From Bigelowiella natans CCMP2755 (lineage: Eukaryota; Protista; Cercozoa), in contig ADNK01003061.1 of the NCBI GenBank assembly GCA_000320545.1, positions 58,951-122,950 on the forward strand: a stretch of 64,000 bases of DNA, in the 5' to 3' direction. A program made the translations under genes and the position numbers. Positions 54,081 through 64,000 of the stretch are shown here, piece after piece; position 1 is the first letter of the stretch, and every line of letters begins with the position of its first letter. A model generated the notes under the pieces. It was not told the DNA's origin and ran no database searches. It saw only the letters and a program-made list of their open reading frames with translations.

Positions 54081-56986
54081 TTAGTCATCATGATTGTTAT
54101 TACAACCATCGTTGCAATGTTGCCATGAACATCCCCAGTGATGCACAGCTAAGGTCTCGCTACGATGGAAGTGCATTCGATCTTCAAGTTTCAAGTCTTT
54201 GTAACTGTTAGGAAAAGGATAAAAATACCCACATGGAAGTACTACAAGAAGCTGCTCATCATCCACAGAACTACTAGTGACGTCCTCCTCCTTCTCTGCT
54301 CCATCACTACTGCTATCATCATCCTTAATTCGTTGCTGCTGTACATTTGCTTCGTTCGTGCAGTAACTACTTTCATGAGAAGGAAACAATATATAATTCA
54401 TAACCACGCGTGTGAAGTGCCCTGGCCCGGTGCGAGCGATTATTTTCATGGCTGCCGTATGAGTTCAAACAGTTGCAGAATAAGTATCAACAAATCGTAT
54501 GTAATCAATGGGTGGAACTCTTTGGCCCTTATTCTCATGATGGTTACTCGATGATCACGACGGTGATGTTCTCAAGTCTGAACTATCAACACCTGTTGTA
54601 AGATTGCTGCTGCTGCTGTTATTAAATTGGTCCGTTGTTTGCATGTTTTTAAGGAGTGTATAACACAATGGGTGCTTTTCGGCTGCTCCCTATTAACAAT
54701 AACAAATAACAATCACGACGAGCTACTTAATACAAATAATTATGAAAAGGTATAATAAAACATTAAAATAATAATGATAAGAACGATGATGATGATCTCG
54801 AACGTGATGATGATGATGATGATGATGCGATAGTGGTAAATCTGTTATTAGTATCAATAATAACTTCCATTCGAAATGTGCTCCTCCTCCTAGAGGTTTG
54901 ACTCTCTAGTACCACAACTACCACCACCACCACTACTACTACTAGTACTACTACTACTACTAACTAATACAACTACTTCAGCATACAACAATTTCATTGT
55001 TTCTACTGATACTGCTACTTCGCCATACAAAAATTCCATTGTTAATCTCGACTGTTCCCGTGTTTGAGAGGCCAGCATAAAATGAACAACTTTGGTGCAA
55101 ACCAGTCAAATTGCGCACACATTCAAAGTCTACGTCTGCATATACCTGTATAGGAATAGGAATATGCGTTTATCACCACTCGTAGAAGGGAGGAATAAGA
55201 TGGTGACAATATTCTCATATACATACCCCCCCCATCTCATAGAGAACAGCTAGTCTCCAAATATCACTTTTCTCCACAGAAGACTGTGCATCGTCAAGCA
55301 AATGCTTACAATGCCGTAAAATCAAAGGGTGTTCTTCGATGTCCCCATCTCTCCACAAGATATACCTATTTATAGCAAATATCACTACTGGCAATTAATA
55401 GGTGCAAAAAGATGTACGATGTCTCGTAAATTATTCTCATCTTTCAAAATTCATTTACAGCTAAAATGCCAACGACGACGACGACGACGACAATGATGAC
55501 ACGTGAATTTATCCATTTGAATTAATCTACCGCCAGTGTGGATGAGTGCCTTTCCATGTTTCTTGGAATCGAGTTTCGAAGTTTTCTGGTAAAGGATTCG
55601 AACCGAACCATATTTGGTGGATAATCTTAGGAATGATCATCCTCTTAGTGCTCTCCATAGTTCTATCATCATCCTTTTCAATAAGCACACGCCTCTGATG
55701 ACAACACCATTTATCATAGCAGATTTTCAGCGATTGGAGCCATTTCCTGTCTTCTGATGACCAAAGTCCATACCGCAACTTCTTCCTTTGTTGCATGCAC
55801 ATAGAACTTTCAAATGAAGATGCTAGGTAAAGTTGATTATGATGTTCTCCATCAGCTTTACCATTATTACCAGTGTTTGGCGTTTCTTGAGTACTTGGGC
55901 GATTATTATTCAATATTTCCTCATTGGTTATTTTTTGTTGAGTACTTGGGCGATTATTATTCAATACTTCCTCATTGGCTTTCATCTCCATCCTCTCGGC
56001 ACGAGGTGTTCCCCGACCCGCCCTCTCTATCTTCCCCTCCTTTTTGTTCAAGCCAGTAACTTGATAATCTCGGAGTGATGATATACTATGAGGGGACAGA
56101 TCTTCCTGCTGTATTTTCCACCAGATTTTCTCTAGTTTATCGGTGCGACGATTGTCTTCCGCAGGTACCTTATCAACGCATAATAAATTGTAGAAGTAAT
56201 ATTATCAGGTATTCGTCATCATCATCATCATCATCAGTAAGAAGCTGTGAATCACTGCCATACAACAATCCTACTACCTCCCATGGTTTTGGAGACGAAG
56301 CATAGTGGATGATATGAAGATTCGGAACAACACTCCATTCCCAATACCTAATAACACCGGTAGTAGTAGTAGTAGTAGTAGCAGTAGCAGTAGGTACTTA
56401 GCACCAAAGAACTAGAAGGAGTACAAGGAAAAACGACAAAGAGAAAATAATATACCAGAAGGAGAATATGCATATAGAAATCATCTATCATATAGTAGTC
56501 GAGAGAGACATAATAGCCATTGTTCCACTATCTAGGATGAATTTCCGCTATTGGTTATTAATAAATCAAGACAACAATCAATGATATATAGTGCTGCGTA
56601 GTAGTAGTAGTAGTAAAAAGTAGCAGCAGCAGCAATACTAGTGTGGGATTGAGGAATATTAACAGCAATAATAATAAATAATATGTAGCTTGGAGAATGA
56701 GCATGATTATTGTACAGAAGCATCTACCTTGGATGCAGTAGTATGATTTGAATAACAAATTCGAGCAGTTAGTTAATTAAATAGGCAGGTTGTAGTAGTA
56801 GTGTTTGTAGTAGGGGTAGTGCTTGGGGATCTTTTTGGTAAAGCAAATCAGTGTTAGTAGTGGTAGTACTTGGGGTTCTTTTTGGTAAACCAATGCAGTG
56901 TTCGTTGGGCGTTATATCCGAAATGAAGACGATATTCACTTGGCCACGAATGCCTTTGAAATATTGCATACATAATACGCTTAATA

Positions 56987-57059
<73 letters not shown>

Positions 57060-57458
57060 CATACCATCGATTCTTGTCAGTCATTATACGAGGAAGAGTA
57101 AAATAGAAAATGAGAATGAGGCTGCCACTCTGAATACACTACTATTACTACTACTATGTACTATGTACTACTAGTACCACTACTACTACCACTACTACTA
57201 CCACTACTACTACTACTGCTACTACTACTATGATCAACAGCACGCAAGAATGCATCGGTCATATTTTCCTACGACATACATACCAACGTGGGAAAATCCT
57301 GTTAAGAAACCCTGTATCCCCTCCATCATAACTCCCTAGTTTTAATTCATTAGTAAATTAACAAAAGAAGACGACGACGATGAAGAAAAGAACCTACTAT
57401 CAATACAATCGCCCCTAGATTGATAGTCAGATATGAACATCAAGATGATAAAGGATGG

Positions 57459-57507
<49 letters not shown>

Positions 57508-58300
57508 TTATCTATCTCTCTATGCTAATAACAAGATCGTTAGTCACTTGTATTATTTTTTATATTTAGTCGTCTGTCTTGTTCTAATTATTTCACCTAG
57601 TCCGTATGCAGCCAGCCGCAAGATGTATGCAAACATAACCGAATTTGGCGATAGAACCAACACCTATCGTAAGGATTTTATCATCATATATTCTGCCCAT
57701 CTTCTAGGAAGCAATTTGTTGTTCATTGTAGTGCTCGGAAATAACATAATTTGTTAATAAGCAATTCGTTATTGTAGCAGCATTAATGAGAAATGGGTTT
57801 GATCTTACAACATAGCCTACTACTATTATTCACCAACTAGCTCAGCATTCTTCTTCTTCTTTTTCTTCTTCTTCTTCTTCTTCTTCTTCTTCTTCTTCTG
57901 CTTCTTTTTCTTCATATTTGACTATTAACTATAACCCCTGCATTAAATCGATCTGGAGGAAATATGTCAGGGGCAGCTGCAAAAGGATATAGAGGAGGAG
58001 AATCCATTGCAGAAGCAGAAGCAGAAGCAGCAGTAGTAGTAGTTGTAGTAGGTATCATCTTGAAGAGATGGTCCACATTCCTCACAACAATGGCATCGGC
58101 GTCAATATAAACAACTTTGGCGAAATAATCTCCAAGTTGCCACACCCGCAGCTTTGTCAGCCCTACAGCTTCCCAACTATTATATCAGCACAAGCAGCAG
58201 CATATATATCATCGATATTATTCATTTGTAGTAGATATATCATCGATATATTATTCATTTGTAGTAGATAGATAGATGCAACATAACTCTACGTGTATAT

Positions 58301-58336
<36 letters not shown>

Positions 58337-59207
58337 AACTGATACCGCTAATACTTTTTACCTCTTCACGTGAGAAGAGTTTCCGTTTGGACAAGGAAGC
58401 GGTTCTATTGGGATTGTCTCCACTCTAAGAATAATAATAATACGACCACCAAAGAAGAATCAAAAGATTAAGAGGAGAAGGAGGAGATGAACAAGAAAAG
58501 CCAGGAGAACGCATTTTTCATATTTCCTTCTCGATTGTCGCAGTACTTTAATTTACGTACTTTCTAGCTGCAACATTTACTTATGTTACATATTACAGGA
58601 TCATTGATAATGTTGTCGCAGTACTTTAATTTACGTACTTTCTAGCTGCAACATTTACTTATGTTACATATTACAGGATCATTGATAATGTCATCGCTAT
58701 CATCATAATTCAATGATTGAGAAGTGGTAACAGTATTAAGTGCACTTATTGCTATTATAATTACCCTAATTTGGCTAGTTTTTGGCGACTTTCTTGTGAG
58801 ACGCCCGATGTCACCATTACCGCTATGCACACGGTGGTACAAGAAGGAAGAACAACAACAAGAAGAAATAAAATAACGATAAAGAAGCCTGAAGAGATCG
58901 TAGAGATACTATGATGCAAAAAGTAGAAGATCAACTCACAGTCGAGGCAATGTTGACACGGCAATTATAGTAAATCCGCCCGTTAGGCTGCTGACTGTCT
59001 TCCTTTCTTCTTCTTCCACTATTTACTGCTACTCTAGTTACCACCTAATGGATATCGAGCCTCGACTTTCAAAAGACTTTTCGCCAGGACAATAGCTCCA
59101 GGAAGAAACCCGTCATTTGTGAGTAAGCTTACATAACCGTACTGAGAGCTCCTGTGCTTCACTTTGTCTCTGTCCCTACTATGAGTAGAAGCCGGAGTAG
59201 CCGCCAT
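54081..59207 (-). CDS. Glycosyltransferase fusion: GT8 (glycogenin/PGSIP-like) + GT32 (DXD sugar-binding, OCH1/SUR1-like)
   Basis: GT8 part: YVSLLTNDGFLPGAIVLAKSL, TKLRVWQLGDYFAKVVYIDADAIVVRNVDHLF, AAPDIFPPDRFNAGV, SYDGGDTGFLN, RLHFGYNAQR, IHYASSPKPW. GT32 part: IPKIIHQIWFG, EKSDIWRLAVLYEMGG|.YADVDFEC, TGPGHFT, YFYPFP, AVHHWGCSW. A single exon (~56168-55531) reads without a stop from the GT8 tail (KLEKIWWK) into IPKIIHQ. Confidence 0.85.
58535..58691. repeat. 78-bp intronic tandem duplication
   Basis: ttgtcgcagtactttaatttacgtactttctagctgcaac...attgataatg occurs at 58535 and 58613. Confidence 0.85.
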
Positions 59208-59553
59208 TTCCAGATTCGAGCACCATGTATACTGTGGCCATTTTTATTCTGCGACATGTATTGACACCACTGTGTATAAAATAAATAGCATTTATTTTTT
59301 ACGACATGGAAAGTAACCAGAATGCTACGTGGCTCCTAGTAGAATATCTCTTTTACAGCGACATGACTTTTCGAAATAAATCTCTAAAAAACGGCAATGG
59401 TTTTAGGTATATTTGAAAAATATCGGGTTGTGAATTAAGAGTTTATCTGTAAACAGATCAGTTGCAGGCGGCGTATTCCTTTATTAACACAAAACAACAC
59501 ACGACGCACTATCAACCAACCCCCCCCCTTCTAAAACACACAGCACTGACAAC

Positions 59554-60444
59554 ATGGCCAAAAAAAAAGCAGGATGGGAATCAGCATTTGCTGGTGGAGC
59601 TGGTGCTGCCTTCGCCCGCACTGTAATCGCCCCTCTAGAACGCCTTCGAATGCAAATGATTGCGGACCCTGGCAAATACGGTTCAATGATGGAGTGCATG
59701 AGCGAAATCTACAGACAGGAGGGAGTCGCCGGATACTGGCGTGGGAACTCTATCAATGTGTACCGCATTGCTCCACAAAGCGCTATTGGATTCTTCTGCA
59801 AGGACTATTACAAGGTAAAACTAGGTGATACCCCATTAGGGAACAATGGTAAACCATCTGTGCTGTCTCTAGCGGTTTCCTCTGCTCTCTCTGGAATTAC
59901 TATGATGACGTTGACTTATCCTCTTGACCTTGTTCGAACGCGGATGACGACCACTCCAGACCTCTACACTGGTCTTTTAGATGGTTGCACGAAGATCGCA
60001 AAGGAGGAAGGACTCCATGCGCTTTTCTGCAAGGGATTAACAGCAGCCAATTTATTCGCAGTTCCGTATTATGGGACATCTTTTTTTGTACTTGACATGA
60101 TGAAGCGAAACTACGCAACTTATGGTCGAACACCTGGAAATGAAAGACCAGTTACTGCGTTGCAATCTCTTCCCATGGGAGCTGCTGCGAACATGATTGG
60201 ATGTGCTGTTGCCTTTCCATTTCAAACTGCATGGAAACGTATTCAAGTACAGGGCTTTGGAGGTCGACCTGTTCGATACACAGGGACAGTGCAATGTCTC
60301 AGCCTTATCATCAAAGAGGAAGGCTTCTTCGGTATGTTCAACGGACTCCGAGCAAATCTAGTGAAGTTAGGGCCTACAGGAGCCATTCAATTTTGGGCAG
60401 TGGATCAAATTAAAGTATGGATGGGGCTTTCCATCAAGGGATAG
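59554..60444 (+). CDS. Mitochondrial carrier family (SLC25) protein, probably adenine-nucleotide/CoA-type; intronless
   Basis: 296-aa ORF with three carrier repeats: APLERLR..EGVAGYWRGNSINVYRIAP, YPLDLVRTR..EEGLHALFCKG and FPFQTAWKRIQ..EEGFFGMFNG. Confidence 0.95.
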   Translation: MAKKKAGWESAFAGGAGAAFARTVIAPLERLRMQMIADPGKYGSMMECMSEIYRQEGVAGYWRGNSINVYRIAPQSAIGFFCKDYYKVKLGDTPLGNNGKPSVLSLAVSSALSGITMMTLTYPLDLVRTRMTTTPDLYTGLLDGCTKIAKEEGLHALFCKGLTAANLFAVPYYGTSFFVLDMMKRNYATYGRTPGNERPVTALQSLPMGAAANMIGCAVAFPFQTAWKRIQVQGFGGRPVRYTGTVQCLSLIIKEEGFFGMFNGLRANLVKLGPTGAIQFWAVDQIKVWMGLSIKG

Positions 60445-60959
60445 TGATCGTGTCGGTGATTATGAGTGAGAACGAAAAGAGATCATCAGTAAGGAAGAAT
60501 ATCATGGATGAGAAGTTGATATCAAGCTACAAGTCTAATCAGGAAGACGTCGACAGCTGAACAGTAACATCTGCAATCAAAATATGTGTAGAGAGAGTCA
60601 GTCAATAGCCAGGATTATTTGAGGATTTAACTGCTATCTTAAATAAAAAGAGGAGGCACATAGGTTTCGAGAGGTGGGGGACATATTATCCTTAAAAATA
60701 GTCAAATCATAAGTTGTAAGTAATTACAGCATTGTAGGCATTCCTGTCAAAAGTAGGAGTTTTATTGAGCTCTACTGTGCTTGTTATTACTCTTTTTGGC
60801 GTCTTTATGGATAGTATTTTGACAACTGTAGGTAAGTAAAACAAATTGTTTGGATGTTTACTTTTGTATATCTCAATTCCTATCGAATCTCATTTAAAAG
60901 TAGCTTTTGCTGACTCTGACGGGTCGGTGATGCGCATACCTTATATTACCTTTGCATAT

Positions 60960-63200
60960 GTTGTTAACAAACAGCGCCGTGTTGCATATGACGTTTTCAT
61001 TTTGTCGTGAGCTAATTCAATGGCGTACGATGCATGCCACTCCAACACTGACAAACGCGGCAAAGATCATGTTGCAGTCACTCACATTGTCATCATTCTG
61101 GCATTGCGCACCAAGCCAAATCTGATGTCCTGAACACTTGCCCAAAGAAAAATGCAAAGCGTGCATTCACATGCACAACTTGCGGTTAGCAAACCCGCCA
61201 GAGCATGACAGTTTTCGTGGGTTTGCCATGGACTTTTTGCACAATTCTTTTTCCTGCTTTCCTTTATTGCGTGCCGATGCCCGGAAGCATTCAACTGCAA
61301 CAATGTCGCGCGCGCGGCATCACGTGCGCACATGTTTCTGCACGTTTTGTGTCATGTACATGCATAAAAATCGCCATTCAAAAAATGCGAATGATATGTG
61401 AAAAATCACACAATGCGTTGGGACACCGCAGAGCTCGCGCATTGCGCCCGATGTGCATCAAAAAGTAGCGCATCGTGATCATCACGCTAGCTAGCTAGCG
61501 TAGCTAAATCTGTACGTAGCTGCAACCATATGTCTCAACAAATGGGCGAAAACAGGGAATTTTAATGGTTATATTGAGCAGATGGACGCCGCGGCACTAG
61601 CTTTTCTGCATTTTTTGCTTGCATCGCACATCTATCGTAGCAGCCACCATGCCACATGCATGATTGCAATTGGTTCGATGACATGACATGGTCCAAAACT
61701 CATGCAAATAAGTCCACATTAGTGCGATCATTTTTTGATGGTTTGAAATGGTGTGTTTTTCAGACGAGTTTTCTGGAAATTTCGTTGCAGAGCCAGTTAG
61801 ACAAAGTCACACGTTGCACACATTCAGTTCGCACATCAGTTTGATGATGTCCTAGTCGATGGACAGCCAAATTTCAAAACTTGATCGAAGATGAACTGAA
61901 TGGCGACAAGCAGCCTGGACCGTTATCGCAAAATACGTATCGTACAAATGTTAGCGCATGCACACATTTCGTTCGCGCGAGCGCTTAGCAGCAATCATTG
62001 TGAACACACTAAAATGTATTTTGAGCAGTTGAAAGTGTTCAGTTGTTGCTACATCGGCTGAAATGATGCCAAAATGACACCTCAGAATCTGCATAACTGC
62101 ATCTAGACCATTTTTTGTGGTGATCGCAGTTGTCTGTGTCATTTTGGCATCATTTCAGCCGATGTAGCAAAAATAAAATATTTTCAACTGATCAAAACAT
62201 ATTCCAGTGTATTCACAATGACCATTGCAAAGCGCTTTCACGAAAAACACGCGTGCATCCTAGCATTTGCAAAGCCGGCGCATCTCACTTGCACTTTTCC
62301 CCTAGTTGTGGATAGTTTGTGGATGACCATTGCAATTGTGATGCTCTCACACGTCACTTGCATGATTTTGATCGATTTCACTTGAAAGCGCGTGCGCACG
62401 CGCGCATATGAGCGAACGTGGGTGGAGGGGAAACGAGCATGGTGTGCATTTTCATCAAAAAAATAAGCGACCCCAATGCAGTTAGGAAAAAATGTGATTG
62501 ATTTTATTCGAAAAGCGTAAACAGGGATTTCGATTACGCCCAATCTCAGCTCCACCCGACAACTGGTTGCCGAGAAAACACATTTTTTGTAAAAATATTC
62601 GCGTGTGACTAAGTTGTGCAAGACGCATGTTACAAGCGAGAATGCACAAAAGCGACACAACTAGCAGAAACGTACCCAATAATACTCTCGGTGCACAAAT
62701 GCGTTCATTGAGAAAATATGTCACTCGTGATAAAATAAAAGGCCAATGCTTGCATTGAAAAATGAAAAGGAAAGCTGATGTTTGAATTGGTCAGAGGAAA
62801 TGGCCAAAAGATGCAGTTGTGATTTTGAAAAAGGGCACACAAAAAAGTTGGTGATGTTTCACAAGGCTTGCGAAAGAGACATCACTGACATTGCAAAGTT
62901 TCAACTGAAAATGAGGCTAAAATTGAGGTTACAGGGACAAATGCCGATACCCCTCTCTTTTGTGCGACTAAAAAAAGTCGCATCAACATCAAAAAACTGT
63001 TAATTGAGAGAAAAGCTAATATTGAGGAAAAAAATGAATGCACCCTTCCAGTTATGGCAAGTTACAAAGTCCACACCCACATCACAAATTTTTGACATGG
63101 CAAGGCTAACCTTTAGGCGAGACAAGAATGGCGACAACATTTCTCATTTGACATCGCAAAGGTCTTTCTTGACTTGGAATGGGGGAATGTGGAATACATC
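60960..63200. other. Partially TpA-depleted intergenic island
   Basis: Long CA/TG-rich, TpA-poor runs (e.g. 61030-61260, 62760-62920) and gctagctagctagc at ~61486. Depletion is less complete than at 49-53 kb. Confidence 0.7.
61944..62271. repeat. Long imperfect inverted repeat (foldback/MITE-like)
   Basis: Perfect 35-bp arms at 62046-62080 and 62136-62170 (ttgctacatcggctgaaatgatgccaaaatgacac) extend imperfectly to ~135 bp per arm. The spacer contains a smaller hairpin. Confidence 0.88.
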
Positions 63201-63703
63201 GAGAAAACTTTTATTTGGATACAAAGGAGGATGGCGACGACTTGGTAAAACTCTTAAACGAAGCAGATAAAAAATGAAAAATCTATATATGATTTTCAAT
63301 TCATTTAGCACATTGTTTTTCATGATTGTAGCATATTTGTAAAGATGTCGTTATGATGCGATAAATTAAAAGAAAAATTATCAAACTCAAGCGCACAATT
63401 TGGCTGCAAATATGTATTATTTTGAATTGGCTCTTCTATTACATATGCTAGAAAATCCTTACAAAATTTTCAAAGCAATATAAACTAATAAAAATTCCAA
63501 AAACAAAATTTGTTTACATAAATATTAGAGGGAAGACTTTATAGCATGCTTGTTAAAGATATTAGAGGGGAGACTCAACAGCATGCATGTTAAATTCTAA
63601 AGGTAATATCAAAAAAATCAACTTTCACATATTTATTTTAGACAAGCATTGAACATACGGACTTTATTGAGTTCAGGATGACAACACACACAAACAAATA
63701 TGT

Positions 63704-63706
63704 ATG

Positions 63707-63779
<73 letters not shown>

Positions 63780-63966
63780 TATATTTAGGTATCTGCCGAA
63801 ACAATTTTTTTAATTTTTTTAGATTTCTAGTATCTATTAAATTTTAATAATATATTTTCTTTGGATTCATTGTCAAATAACCCATATGTCCGAGTTTTTT
63901 TTATCTATTATGTATATATAGCACACACGCGCGCACGCACGCGCGCGCGCGCACGCGCGCGCACAC

Positions 63967-64000
<34 letters not shown>
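63704..64000. repeat. (TA)n microsatellites and a mixed (CA/CG)n-(TA)n tract
   Basis: (TA)n at ~63708-63775; gcacacacgcgcgcacgcacgcgc...acacatgtatatat at ~63921-64000. Confidence 0.9.

Noticed and set aside
62782-63270. Two adjacent ORFs that might be a transposase relic
   Set aside because: No recognisable catalytic motif, and the ORF length is explained by stop-codon depletion in the island.

Overview
Eukaryotic, intron-rich, AT-rich protist-type DNA with GT-AG introns full of (TA)n/(TG)n/(GA)n/(TAG)n microsatellites; the lineage cannot be fixed from this sequence. By hand splicing I recover about 10 genes. In order: a C2H2 zinc-finger protein (-, runs off the left edge), a SET-domain methyltransferase (+), a Maf-family protein (-), an EF-hand protein (+), a very long TRF4/TENT4-type nucleotidyltransferase (-), a secreted 'CITGQ...YDxxxRxRxD' glycosyltransferase-like protein (-), a ~40-exon PI3K-gamma regulatory subunit (p101/PIK3R5)-like protein (+), an NZF zinc finger plus herpes-tegument-like putative deubiquitinase (-), a GT8-GT32 glycosyltransferase fusion (-) and an intronless mitochondrial carrier (+). 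The most striking signal is non-genic: six intergenic islands (~6.87-7.2, 16.7-17.55, 34.4-35.3, 42.5-45.55, 49.1-53.5 and 61.0-63.2 kb) from which the dinucleotide TpA has been largely erased. A LINE reverse-transcriptase remnant contains ~2.35 kb with no TpA at all, and its 590-aa ORF has no tyrosine. Conserved Tyr residues read as Cys/His and Leu as Pro/Ser, which implies TA->TG/CA (A:T->G:C) hypermutation, the opposite direction to fungal RIP. Several islands are also about tenfold enriched in CTAG. This looks like a repeat/intergenic-targeted A-to-G mutagenesis (genome defence-like) system. Gene coordinates and counts are manual and approximate.
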